NCBI GenBank assembly: GCA_964389495.1
Contig: CAYMDU010000001.1
Coordinates: 1-55,014 of the forward strand
DNA length: 55,014 nt
Reading direction: 5' to 3'
DNA from: an uncultured Eubacteriales bacterium
GTDB lineage: Bacteria; Bacillota; Clostridia; Oscillospirales; Acutalibacteraceae
The translations under genes and the position numbers were made by a program. Under the pieces are notes generated by a model. The model had not been told where the DNA came from. It saw only the letters and a program-made list of their open reading frames with translations, and made no database searches. Positions 26,952-35,881 of the stretch are shown piece after piece (positions within the stretch are counted from its first letter, which is position 1; each line of letters opens with the position of its first letter).

Positions 26952-27806
26952 ATGAAGCTCTACCATTCCGAAATGGCCAACCAAAAAATCATGGCCTTTT
27001 CCTGCCGCGATGCCCAGGTTTCGGAACACGAACACAGCTTTTTGGAATTGGCCTACATTCGGCAGGGCAGCGCGCTTCATCACATCAACGGCCGCTGCTT
27101 TTCTCTCCGTGCGGGCGATTGGTTTCTCATCGACTACGGCCAAAAGCACAGCTATCGGCAAACGGGCGGCACCCCTCTGGTGGTGATCAACTGCCTGTTT
27201 CTGCCGCAGTTTGTCAGCGAGATTTTCAAAAACAACCACTCCCTGGTTCAGCTTCTCGGCCGCTACGCACTCAACCTCAATTTCTCGTCGCCCCTCACTT
27301 TTCCCGCCGAATTCTGCTTTCACGACAGCGACGGCTCTGTCGGCTTTCTCGTCGAACGCCTGCTGGCCGAATACGAAAACCACGCCGGCGGCTACCTCGA
27401 AATGATGCGCACCCTTCTTTCCCAACTGCTCATTCTGGCCATGCGGCAACTGCACCGCTGTGAACTTCCTCACACCGTTTCCGGCGACATGGTGCAATAC
27501 ATCACCGATTATGTACAGAAAAATTTTTCGCAAAAGCTATCCCTGGAAAAAATCGTTGCCGCCTATCCCTATTCGCTCGGCTTTGTCAGCCGTCGCTTCA
27601 AAGAAGAAATCGGCGTGCCGTTTCAAACCTATGTTCAAAATGTCCGCATTCGGGAAAGTTGCCGCCTGTTGGCCGAAACGCCGTGCACCGTTGCCGAAAT
27701 CGCCGCCACCGTCGGCTACACCGACATCAAATTTTTCGGTCGGCTGTTCAAACAGCAAACCGGTGTCACCCCGCGCACCTATCGCTTGGCCCACACCCGC
27801 CCCTGA
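26952..27806 (+). CDS. AraC-family transcriptional regulator (cupin-like sensor plus HTH)
   Basis: The C-terminal sequence IAATVGYTDIKFFGRLFKQQTGVTPRTYR is a classic AraC HTH. Divergent from the GH gene. Confidence 0.9.
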   Translation: MKLYHSEMANQKIMAFSCRDAQVSEHEHSFLELAYIRQGSALHHINGRCFSLRAGDWFLIDYGQKHSYRQTGGTPLVVINCLFLPQFVSEIFKNNHSLVQLLGRYALNLNFSSPLTFPAEFCFHDSDGSVGFLVERLLAEYENHAGGYLEMMRTLLSQLLILAMRQLHRCELPHTVSGDMVQYITDYVQKNFSQKLSLEKIVAAYPYSLGFVSRRFKEEIGVPFQTYVQNVRIRESCRLLAETPCTVAEIAATVGYTDIKFFGRLFKQQTGVTPRTYRLAHTRP

Positions 27807-27916
27807 TTTTCCCGAAAGGGGCCTCGCTTTTTCTAACTTTCTGCGACAAATTCGCAAAAAGGTGTTTATTTTTTTTGCCAAAAGCAATATAATACAGTCA
27901 TGGGGAGGAAGTAACC

Positions 27917-29290
27917 ATGAACAACTCATTTTTACCGAACATTCACCGCGTTCATTTTGTCGGCATCGGCGGTTCCGGCATGAGCCCGCTGGCCGAAATT
28001 TTGCATTCGCAGGGGTTTGCCGTCACCGGCTCCGATGTGAACGAATCCGACAACCTGGCCCGCTTGCGCCGTTTGGGCATTCGCATTGTCCTGCCGCAAG
28101 CCGCCGAAAACATCGGCGATGCCGAACTGGTGGTCTACACCGCCGCCGTGCAGGCCGACAACCCCGAACTGTGCGCCGCGCGCGAAAACGGCATTCCGCT
28201 CATGGAGCGCGCCCACCTGCTGGGCCTGCTGTCCCGCGGGTTTTCGTCCACGGTGGCCATTGCCGGCACACACGGAAAAACCACCACTTCCTCCATGGTT
28301 TCACAAATTCTGCTGCAAGCCGGCCGCGACCCGTCGGTGTTCATCGGCGGCCGCCTGCCGCTCATCGATGCCAACGGCCACGCCGGCCAATCGGATGTGT
28401 TTGTTTGCGAAGCCTGTGAATTCAAAGACCACTATCTGGAAATGACCCCCGCCGTGTCGGTGCTGCTCAATGTTGATGCCGACCATTTGGACTATTTCGG
28501 TTCTCTGGACGGCGTCATTCGCTCTTTCCGCCGCTTTGCCGAACAAACCACCCGCGCACTGATTATCAACGCCGAAGATGCCAACACCCTCCGCGCCGTA
28601 GAGGGCCTTTCGCATGTTCCGATTATTCGCTACGGCTTTTCGGACGACTGTGAGTGGCAAGCGCGCGAAGTGGGCGTGCACAACGGCGCCTACGGTTGCT
28701 ACGCTCTGTATCACAACGGCGAAAAAGTGGCCGACATTCGCCTGGGCGTTCCCGGTGCCCACAATGTTCTCAATTCACTGGGTGCCGCCGCGGCCGCCCA
28801 TTGGTGCGGTGCCACGCCGCAGGAAATCGCCAACGGATTGGCCGCGTTCCACGGTGCCGGCCGCCGCTTTGAATTTCTCGGCACGGTAAACGGCATCACC
28901 CTGGTGGACGACTACGCGCATCACCCCACCGAAATTGCCGCCACGCTCACCGCGGCCCGCGCCATGCCCTATCAGCGCATTTGGGCCGTTTTTCAGCCGT
29001 TCACCTATTCCCGCACCGCACGCCATTTGCACGACTTCGCCGCCGCTCTCTCCCTGGCCGACCAAGTGGTGGTCAGCGACATCATGGGCTCGCGTGAAAC
29101 CAACGAATGGGGCGTATCTTCCCGGCAAATCACCGACCAAATCCCCGGCGCCCACTACCTGGCCACCTTTGAAGAAATCAGCCGCTTTGTTGCCGAAAAC
29201 GCCCGCGACGGCGATGTAATTGTCACCATGGGCGGCGGCGATGTGTACAAATGCGCCCGCATGATTCGCGATTTGCTGTCTTCCTCCTGA
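27917..29290 (+). CDS. murC: UDP-N-acetylmuramate--L-alanine ligase
   Basis: VHFVGIGGSGMSPLAEIL and IAGTHGKTTTSSM, with the overall Mur ligase layout. Confidence 0.95.
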   Translation: MNNSFLPNIHRVHFVGIGGSGMSPLAEILHSQGFAVTGSDVNESDNLARLRRLGIRIVLPQAAENIGDAELVVYTAAVQADNPELCAARENGIPLMERAHLLGLLSRGFSSTVAIAGTHGKTTTSSMVSQILLQAGRDPSVFIGGRLPLIDANGHAGQSDVFVCEACEFKDHYLEMTPAVSVLLNVDADHLDYFGSLDGVIRSFRRFAEQTTRALIINAEDANTLRAVEGLSHVPIIRYGFSDDCEWQAREVGVHNGAYGCYALYHNGEKVADIRLGVPGAHNVLNSLGAAAAAHWCGATPQEIANGLAAFHGAGRRFEFLGTVNGITLVDDYAHHPTEIAATLTAARAMPYQRIWAVFQPFTYSRTARHLHDFAAALSLADQVVVSDIMGSRETNEWGVSSRQITDQIPGAHYLATFEEISRFVAENARDGDVIVTMGGGDVYKCARMIRDLLSSS

Positions 29291-29300
29291 AAACTCACAA

Positions 29301-29344
29301 ACGGCCCCTGCACGAACCATTCGTGCAGGGGCCGTTTTTTGTTG
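29301..29344. terminator. Strong hairpin terminator between convergent murC and nrdG
   Basis: ACGGCCCCTGCACGAA CCA TTCGTGCAGGGGCCGT followed by TTTTTTGTT. Confidence 0.85.
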
Positions 29345-29346
29345 TT

Positions 29347-29844
29347 TCATTCTTCGCCGTGTGCGGCCAGCCATGCCGGCATATCAATCACGCGCTGGTT
29401 GCGGCTCCCGCGAAACTGCAATTCCAAATCGCGTTGCGCCTCCACATACGGGCCGTCGATCAAGGTGTCGGTTAATTGCAGCAAGCGGCGCACCGCCGGC
29501 TCGGTTTTCCCTTTTTCCCACAGTTGTTCCACCGTGTACCCGGAAAAGGTCACCACCGTTTTTCCCATGGCACGCACCCGCTGCGCCAACTCGCACAGCG
29601 GCTCCGCCTGGCAAAACGGTTCGCCGCCCGAAAGTGTCACCCCCGCCAACAGCGGGTTTCCCCGCATGTCGTTCACCAGCTCCTCCACCGTGCGCTTGGT
29701 GCCGCAGCCAAAGGCATGCGACTGCGGGTTGTGGCAACCGGGGCAATGGTGCGGGCATCCTTGCACAAACACCACATAACGAAACCCCGGCCCGTCCACA
29801 ATCGACTCCGGCTCAATGCCGCAAACATCAATCACTGAGTCCAT
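29347..29844 (-). CDS. nrdG: Anaerobic ribonucleoside-triphosphate reductase activating protein (radical SAM)
   Basis: VFVQGCPHHCPGCHNP carries the CxxxCxxC cluster. 165 aa, immediately downstream of nrdD. Confidence 0.9.
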   Translation of the reverse strand: MDSVIDVCGIEPESIVDGPGFRYVVFVQGCPHHCPGCHNPQSHAFGCGTKRTVEELVNDMRGNPLLAGVTLSGGEPFCQAEPLCELAQRVRAMGKTVVTFSGYTVEQLWEKGKTEPAVRRLLQLTDTLIDGPYVEAQRDLELQFRGSRNQRVIDMPAWLAAHGEE

Positions 29845-29983
29845 GCTTAACCCGGTCTCTCTCCTCGGCGCGCTTGGCGTTGTTGAAACGGTCGGTGGTT
29901 CCCACCAAATACCCGGTGATGCGGCGAATCCGCTCGAATTTCATGTCTTTGCCCACTTCGGCAACACAAGTCTTATTTTCCAT
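29828..29983 (-). CDS. Unlisted 51-codon ORF encoding an NrdD-type glycyl-radical motif peptide (MENKTCVAEVGKDMKFERIRRITGYLVGTTDRFNNAKRAEERDRVKHGLSD)
   Basis: My own translation. RRITGYLVG plus NAKRAEERDRVKH resembles the extreme C-terminus of full-length NrdD (RRVCGYLG...RVKH). An AAAGGAGAG SD lies 9 nt upstream of the ATG. An in-frame TGA sits two codons upstream. The frame differs from nrdD. The 3' end overlaps the nrdG start by 17 nt. Confidence 0.65.
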   Translation of the reverse strand: MENKTCVAEVGKDMKFERIRRITGYLVGTTDRFNNAKRAEERDRVKHGLSD

Positions 29984-30011
29984 GGTTCAACTCTCCTTTG
30001 TTGTTTTTCGG

Positions 30012-32312
30012 TTATTCGCAACCGCAAAAATGCGGCATGTGCGGATACAGTTTTCTCAGCTCGTTCAATTTTTCCACGCTAACCGCTTCGCCTTCGCGGC
30101 GGCCACAACGCGGGCACACCTCGTTAATCACACCGGTGTAGCCGCACACCGGGTCGCGGTCAACCGGGTGGTTCACCGAACCGTAGCCCACGCCCGCTTC
30201 CTTCATGCAACGCACCACCGCTTCAAACGCTTCCAGATTCTTGCAGGTATCGCCGTCCAGCTCCACATAGCTGATGTGGCCGGCGTTGGTGAGCGCATGG
30301 AACGGGCCTTCAATGGCAATCTTTTTGTAGGCGCTGATGGGATAGTACACCGGCACATGGAACGAGTTGGTGTAGTATTCGCGGTCGGTCACGCCGGGAA
30401 TTTCACCGTAGATTTGCTTGTCAATCCGCACAAAGCGCCCGCTCAGACCTTCGGCCGGCGTGGCCAGCAAGGTGAAGTTCAGCCCCGTCTGCTTGGATTG
30501 CTCATCCATGCGGTTGCGCATGTATGTGATGATTTCAAAGCCCAGCTTGCGGCTTTCTTCGCTTTCGCCGTGATGCTTGCCGGTCAGGGCTTTCAGCGTT
30601 TCGGCCAGCCCGATAAATCCCACACTCAATGTGCCGTGTTTCAGCACTTCTTCCACGCTGTCGTCCGGGCCCAATTTGTCGGAATCAATCCACACGCCTT
30701 GGCCCATCAGGAACGGATAGTTCCGCACCTTTTTGCCGCACTGCACCTTGAAACGGTGCAACAGCTGGCGGCACACCAAATCAATGCGTTGATCCAACAG
30801 GCGATAGAACTTATCAATATCGCCCTTGGCTTCAATTCCGATACGCGGCAGGTTAATGGAGGTGAAGCTCAAATTGCCGCGGCCGCAGGTAACTTCGCGG
30901 TCGGTATCGTACACATTGCCCATCACGCGGGTGCGGCAGCCCATGTAGGCCACCTCGGTGTTGTAATCGCCGGGACGGTAGTATTGCAGGTTAAACGGCG
31001 CATCCAAAAAGCTGAAATTCGGGAACAACCGCTTGGCCGAAGTTTTCATGGCCAGCTTAAACAGGTCGTAGTTCGGGTCGCACGGGTTGTAGTTGACCCC
31101 TTCTTTCACTTTGAAAATCTGCACCGGGAAAATCGGGGTTTCGCCGTTGCCGAGACCGGCATCGGTGGCCAGCAGCAAATTCCGCATCACCATGCGCGCT
31201 TCCGGCGAAGTATCGGTTCCGTAGTTCACCGAACTGAACGGCACCTGTGCACCGGCACGGGAGTTCATGGTGTTCAAATTGTGCACAAACGCTTCCATGG
31301 CCTGGAAAGTGGCCCGGTCGGTTTGGCGCCACGCGGTGGCCGCCGCAAATTCGTGTGCTTCTTCGGCCTGCTCGGCGGTAATGGGCTGGAACCCGCCCGC
31401 CTGCTGATGGCGCGGCAACCACACCGACAGCACATGGCACACATCGTCCGAATTGCCCATGGCCACATCCACGCCCATGGACTCTTTGGCAGTGCCGGCC
31501 AAGGCTTCGGCATCGGTTACACTCATGCCGAACCGCACCACCAAATACTCAGCCAACGCGCGGAAGTATTCCCGACGGTAGGTTTTGGCCACACCGGGAG
31601 CCATGGCATAATCAAAGTTCGGAATACTTTGGCCGCCGTGCATTTCGTTTTGGTTGGCCTGAATGGCAATGCACGCCAGCGCCGAATAGCTTTGAATACC
31701 GTTCGGCTCGCGCAAATAGCCGTGGCCGGTGGAAAATCCATTGTGGAACAGTTTAAGCAAATCAATCTGGCAGCAGGTTTCTGTCAGCATGTAGAAATCT
31801 TTGTCGTGAATGTGAATATCGCCGTTGATATGCGCCGCGGCAATGTCTTTCGGCAAAATGTAGTTATCAATAAAATATTTGGAACCTTCCGACCCGTATT
31901 TCAACATGGTACCCATGGCGGTGTCGGCATCGATGTTGGCATTTTCACGCTTGATGTCGGCGTCTTGCGCATAGGAGAACGTGAGTTCCTTGTAAATATC
32001 CATCAGGTCGGCTTCCGACTGGCGGATTTTGGTGTGCTCGGCACGGTACAAAATATAGGCCTTGGCCGTTTTGCCGTATCCGGCGGCAATCAAGGTTTGC
32101 TCCACCAAATCCTGCACCTGTTCCACGGTGGGAACATCGCCGGCGGGAATCGACGCCACCACTTTCTGCGTTAATTCCGTGAGCGCTTTGGCGGAAATCT
32201 TTTCGTCGGCCACGGCAATGTTGGCCTTGTGCATGGCTTCTTTGATTTTCTTGGCATCAAAATCAACGGTTTCGCCGTTGCGTTTGCGTATACGATTAAT
32301 CAACAATCCCAC
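30012..32312 (-). CDS. nrdD: Anaerobic ribonucleoside-triphosphate reductase large protein; ends after the Zn-ribbon region with no glycyl-radical motif visible
   Basis: N-terminal ATP-cone (IRKRNGETVDFDAKKI), a class III RNR core and a C-terminal CGYTGVINEVCPRCG Zn-ribbon-like segment. The protein terminates ...YPHMPHFCGCE. Confidence 0.93.
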   Translation of the reverse strand: MGLLINRIRKRNGETVDFDAKKIKEAMHKANIAVADEKISAKALTELTQKVVASIPAGDVPTVEQVQDLVEQTLIAAGYGKTAKAYILYRAEHTKIRQSEADLMDIYKELTFSYAQDADIKRENANIDADTAMGTMLKYGSEGSKYFIDNYILPKDIAAAHINGDIHIHDKDFYMLTETCCQIDLLKLFHNGFSTGHGYLREPNGIQSYSALACIAIQANQNEMHGGQSIPNFDYAMAPGVAKTYRREYFRALAEYLVVRFGMSVTDAEALAGTAKESMGVDVAMGNSDDVCHVLSVWLPRHQQAGGFQPITAEQAEEAHEFAAATAWRQTDRATFQAMEAFVHNLNTMNSRAGAQVPFSSVNYGTDTSPEARMVMRNLLLATDAGLGNGETPIFPVQIFKVKEGVNYNPCDPNYDLFKLAMKTSAKRLFPNFSFLDAPFNLQYYRPGDYNTEVAYMGCRTRVMGNVYDTDREVTCGRGNLSFTSINLPRIGIEAKGDIDKFYRLLDQRIDLVCRQLLHRFKVQCGKKVRNYPFLMGQGVWIDSDKLGPDDSVEEVLKHGTLSVGFIGLAETLKALTGKHHGESEESRKLGFEIITYMRNRMDEQSKQTGLNFTLLATPAEGLSGRFVRIDKQIYGEIPGVTDREYYTNSFHVPVYYPISAYKKIAIEGPFHALTNAGHISYVELDGDTCKNLEAFEAVVRCMKEAGVGYGSVNHPVDRDPVCGYTGVINEVCPRCGRREGEAVSVEKLNELRKLYPHMPHFCGCE

Positions 32313-32364
32313 TCCTCTAACGGTTTCTGTGATATTACCGTGTTTCCCACGGCAGTGCTTTTAT

Positions 32365-32393
32365 ATATTACTACATCTTGTTCTCCTTGTCAA
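32365..32393 (-). promoter_or_regulatory. Sigma-A type promoter of nrdD
   Basis: Minus strand reads TTGACA, 17 nt, TAATAT. Confidence 0.6.
32368..32383. promoter_or_regulatory. Possible degenerate second NrdR box inside the nrdD promoter spacer
   Basis: Only the half-site ATCTTGTTC is recognisable. Its centre is 32 bp from box 1, which is the usual tandem spacing. Confidence 0.3.
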
Positions 32394-32399
32394 TGGAAA

Positions 32400-32415
32400 A
32401 CACAAGATATTGTGT
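32400..32415. promoter_or_regulatory. NrdR box just upstream of the nrdD -35
   Basis: ACACAATATCTTGTGT (minus-strand reading) against the published NrdR consensus acaCwAtATaTwGtgt. Confidence 0.7.
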
Positions 32416-32578
32416 GTCAAATTTTTGCGGCCCCTTTTGTTCAATCTGCCGAAATTTCTCTGCACGGTCCGCTTTTTGCTGCATTTTCGCGAAACGTTCT
32501 TGTTTTCGACACGCGATTTCCCGCAAAATCGCGCAGACAAGCCGCTACAATAAAACAAAGAAACGGAGGTATCACACA

Positions 32579-32920
32579 ATGGTAATACGGATGGGAACCG
32601 AAGCCGGCGAGCTCACCGTCTGGCTGTCGGGCGAATTGGATCATCATGCGGCACGCACCATGCGGGAGCAGGTCGATGCCGCCGTCGAACGCTCCACGGC
32701 ACACACGCTGCTGTTGGATTTTTCCGGTGTCACCTTCATGGACAGCTCCGGCATCGGGCTGATTATGGGGCGCTACCGGCTGATGCAATCGCGCGGCGGG
32801 CGACTCCTCGTCACCGGCGCATCGGAACGCTTGCAGCGCGTTATGAAGCTGGCCGGGCTCAATCGCCTGCCCATATGGGACGCATCCGCCACACAAGACA
32901 AGGAGGTTACTCGTTCATGA
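32579..32920 (+). CDS. spoIIAA: Anti-sigma F factor antagonist SpoIIAA (STAS domain)
   Basis: LSGELDHHAARTMREQVD and FMDSSGIGLI (phosphorylatable Ser). The ATG follows GGAGGT. Confidence 0.85.
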   Translation: MVIRMGTEAGELTVWLSGELDHHAARTMREQVDAAVERSTAHTLLLDFSGVTFMDSSGIGLIMGRYRLMQSRGGRLLVTGASERLQRVMKLAGLNRLPIWDASATQDKEVTRS

Positions 32921-33369
32921 AACAACCAATCAACGAAATGAAAGTCACCTTTCCCAGCCGTTCGGCCAACGAAGCCTTTGCCCGCTCGGCCGTAGCTTCG
33001 TTCCTGTCGCAGTTGGACCCGGCTGTTGATGAATTGGCCGATTTGCGCACCGCGGTGTCCGAAGCCGTCACCAACTGCATTGTTCACGCCTACCGCGACA
33101 CCATCGGCAGCATCACCGTGCAAATGCGCCTGTATGCCGACGGCCGCACCGTGGTGAAAATCCGCGACCGCGGCTGCGGCATTGCCAATGTGGAAGAAGC
33201 CATGGAACCGCTGTTCACCACCGGCGGCGACGACCGCTCCGGGCTGGGATTTTCGGTGATGGAAAGTTTCACCGACCGCCTGCGGGTGTCCTCACGCCCC
33301 GGCCGTGGCACCACAGTCACCATGGAAAAATACATAGCGGTGCGGAAACGGCAGGCGACGCCCACTTGA
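32917..33369 (+). CDS. spoIIAB: Anti-sigma F factor SpoIIAB (serine kinase)
   Basis: SANEAFARSAVASF, AVSEAVTNCIVHAY and DRGCGI are HATPase-like motifs. ATGA overlap with spoIIAA. Confidence 0.88.
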   Translation: MKQPINEMKVTFPSRSANEAFARSAVASFLSQLDPAVDELADLRTAVSEAVTNCIVHAYRDTIGSITVQMRLYADGRTVVKIRDRGCGIANVEEAMEPLFTTGGDDRSGLGFSVMESFTDRLRVSSRPGRGTTVTMEKYIAVRKRQATPT

Positions 33370-34022
33370 CACGCGACGAACGCATCTGTGCCAATTTGGG
33401 GTTGGTGCACACCTGTGCCCGCCGCTTTGCCGGCCGCGGCATCGAATACGACGACCTCTACCAAGCCGGCTGCATCGGTCTGGTAAAAGCCATCGACGGT
33501 TTCGACGACTCCCGCGGGTTGCGCCTTTCCACCTATGCCGTGCCGGTCATTTTGGGCGAAATCCGCCGCCTGTTTCGCGACGGCGGCACCGTCAAGGTGA
33601 GCCGGTCGCTCAAAGAACTGTCCATGCGTGTATCCAAAGAACGCGATACTTTTCAGGCCCTCACCGGCCGCGAACCGACCGTGGGCGAACTGGCAACACG
33701 CTTGGATTTGGAACGCGAGCAGGTGGTGGAAGCTCTCGGCGCGGCTTTGCCGGCCTTGTCGCTCACCCGCAACAGCGACGACAGCGACGGCGACGAAATG
33801 GAACTGCCGGTGGCCGCCCCCGAAGAAGCCATCACCAACCGATTGGCGTTGCAGCAAGTACTCAGCCAATTACCGCCACCGGATAAAACGCTGATTGAAC
33901 TTCGCTACTTTCGCCGTTGCACGCAGCAACACACCGCCGATGTTCTCGGCATGACCCAGGTTCAAGTATCCCGCCGCGAGCGCGCCATTCTGCGCGAATT
34001 GCGGCGGCAACTTTCCGGCTGA
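33366..34022 (+). CDS. sigF: Sporulation sigma factor SigF (short N-terminus, apparent TTG start)
   Basis: YDDLYQAGCIGLVKAIDGFD is region 2, region 3 follows, and QQHTADVLGMTQVQVSRRE is the region 4 HTH. Third gene of the spoIIA operon. Confidence 0.85.
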   Translation: MTRDERICANLGLVHTCARRFAGRGIEYDDLYQAGCIGLVKAIDGFDDSRGLRLSTYAVPVILGEIRRLFRDGGTVKVSRSLKELSMRVSKERDTFQALTGREPTVGELATRLDLEREQVVEALGAALPALSLTRNSDDSDGDEMELPVAAPEEAITNRLALQQVLSQLPPPDKTLIELRYFRRCTQQHTADVLGMTQVQVSRRERAILRELRRQLSG

Positions 34023-34026
34023 CATC

Positions 34027-34067
34027 AAAAAGGAGTTGCTCCCTTGCGGAAAGCAACTCCTTTTTCT
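34027..34067. terminator. Bidirectional terminator between convergent sigF and aspS
   Basis: AAAAAGGAGTTGCT, an 11-nt loop, then AGCAACTCCTTTTT. Confidence 0.8.
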
Positions 34068-34090
34068 TATCGATAGATACCCGGCCCGGA

Positions 34091-35881
34091 TTATTCGTCG
34101 GTTTCCGGCGCTGTCAACGCAATGCCCAAATCGGCCAACTGTTCGGCATCCACCGCCGAAGGGCACTGTGTCATCAACTCGGTCATGTTTTGCACTTTGG
34201 GATAGGCCACCACATCACGCAGCGTGGCAGCACCCAGCATTTGCATCACCAGGCGATCCAACCCCAGCGCCATACCGCCGTGCGGCGGGGCACCGTACCG
34301 GAACGCTTCGGTTAAATAGCCGAATTTGGCCGCCGATTCTTCGTCGGACAGACCCAGCGCACGGAACATGTGCTGCTGCAATTCCGGGTCGGTAATGCGA
34401 ATGGAACCGCTGGCCAACTCAATGCCTCCCAGCACCAGGTCATACGCTTTGGCAAACACGCGCGACGGATCGCTGTCCAAATACGGAATACAGTCATCCA
34501 ACGGTGCGGTGAAGGGGTGGTGCATGGCCAGCCAGCTTTGGCTGTCTTCGTCCCATTCAAAGAACGGGAATTCGGTAATCCACAGCAGGCCCAGCCCTTC
34601 ACGCGGCAGCGCCAGTTTGTCGGCCACCAACAGCCGAAGCGCACCCAGCACCGACAGCACCAGCGAACGCTTGGCATCGGCCACCACCAAAATCACATCG
34701 CCTTCGGCCGCGCCCATTGTCTGCAACAAGGCCTGCATGGTTTCTTCGGAAAGGAACTTGCCAAACGATGAAGTCACGCCGCCTTCGGCAGTCCAACGCA
34801 CCCACGCCAACCCTTTGGCGCCGATGCCGCGGGCGTGCTCGGTGAGCTTATCGATTTCCTTGCGTGTGAGCACACCGGCCGCCTGCTTGGCGTTAATGGC
34901 CCGCACCGTGCCGCCGGCCGCCAGCGCGCCGTCAAACACGCCAAAGCCGCTGCCGCGCACCACATCGCTGATGTCCTGCAATTCCATGCCAAAGCGAATG
35001 TCCGGTTTATCGGAACCGTACCGTTCCATGGCTTCGGTATAGGTCATTCGCGGCAACGGCGTGGGAACCGAAACACCCAGCACCGTTTGGAACACATGCT
35101 GCATGAAGCCTTCGCCCACCGCCAGCACATCTTCCACATCCACAAAGGACATTTCCAAATCAATCTGTGTGAATTCCGGCTGACGGTCGGCGCGCAAATC
35201 CTCGTCGCGGAAGCAACGGGCCAACTGAAAATACCGGTCAAATCCCGCCACCATCGACAACTGCTTGTACAGCTGCGGCGACTGCGGAAGCGCATAGAAT
35301 TCGCCTTTGTGCACGCGGGACGGCACCAGAAAATCGCGGGCACCCTCCGGCGTGGAACGAATCAGCATGGGTGTTTCGATTTCCACAAACCCCTGCGAAT
35401 CGAAATAATCGCGCGCCGCCTTGGCAATGCGGTGACGCATCAACAAATTGCGCTGCAAATCCGGGCGGCGCAAATCCAAATACCGGTACTTCAACCGCAA
35501 CGCTTCGGCCGTGTTGGAATTTTCCGCAATTTCAAACGGCGGCGTATCGGCTTTGTTCAAAATACGCAACTCGGTAACGGCAATTTCCACCTCGCCGGTG
35601 GGAATTTCGGCGTTCACCGACGAACGCACGCGCACCACACCGGTGGCCGCCAGCACATATTCGCCGCGCACGGTAAAGGCTTTGTCAAACACGGCGCGCT
35701 CGGTCGCATCGTCAAACGCCAACTGCACAATCCCGGTGCGGTCGCGCAAATCAATAAAAATGAGTTGCCCCAAATCCCGCTGGCGCTGTGCCCAGCCAAA
35801 CACGGTCACGGTTTCTCCGGCGTGTTCCCGGCGGAATTCGCCGCAATAGCGAGTACGCTTCATTCCCCGAACGGTTTCCAT
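34091..35881 (-). CDS. aspS: Aspartate--tRNA ligase
   Basis: GWAQRQRDLGQLIFIDLRDRTG (OB fold) and class II motifs (FRDEDLRADRQPEFTQID, GGMALGLDR). Confidence 0.95.
   Translation of the reverse strand: METVRGMKRTRYCGEFRREHAGETVTVFGWAQRQRDLGQLIFIDLRDRTGIVQLAFDDATERAVFDKAFTVRGEYVLAATGVVRVRSSVNAEIPTGEVEIAVTELRILNKADTPPFEIAENSNTAEALRLKYRYLDLRRPDLQRNLLMRHRIAKAARDYFDSQGFVEIETPMLIRSTPEGARDFLVPSRVHKGEFYALPQSPQLYKQLSMVAGFDRYFQLARCFRDEDLRADRQPEFTQIDLEMSFVDVEDVLAVGEGFMQHVFQTVLGVSVPTPLPRMTYTEAMERYGSDKPDIRFGMELQDISDVVRGSGFGVFDGALAAGGTVRAINAKQAAGVLTRKEIDKLTEHARGIGAKGLAWVRWTAEGGVTSSFGKFLSEETMQALLQTMGAAEGDVILVVADAKRSLVLSVLGALRLLVADKLALPREGLGLLWITEFPFFEWDEDSQSWLAMHHPFTAPLDDCIPYLDSDPSRVFAKAYDLVLGGIELASGSIRITDPELQQHMFRALGLSDEESAAKFGYLTEAFRYGAPPHGGMALGLDRLVMQMLGAATLRDVVAYPKVQNMTELMTQCPSAVDAEQLADLGIALTAPETDE

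Noticed and set aside
29984-30014. Stop-codon read-through or a simple frameshift joining nrdD to the glycyl-radical ORF.
   Set aside because: The small ORF is in a different frame from nrdD and has an in-frame TGA two codons before its ATG. Neither read-through nor a single upstream indel gives a continuous protein. A separate SD is present. A sequencing error cannot be excluded without reads.
29361-32174. 937-aa ORF antisense to nrdG and nrdD.
   Set aside because: Same GC artefact. nrdD and nrdG are unambiguous on the minus strand.
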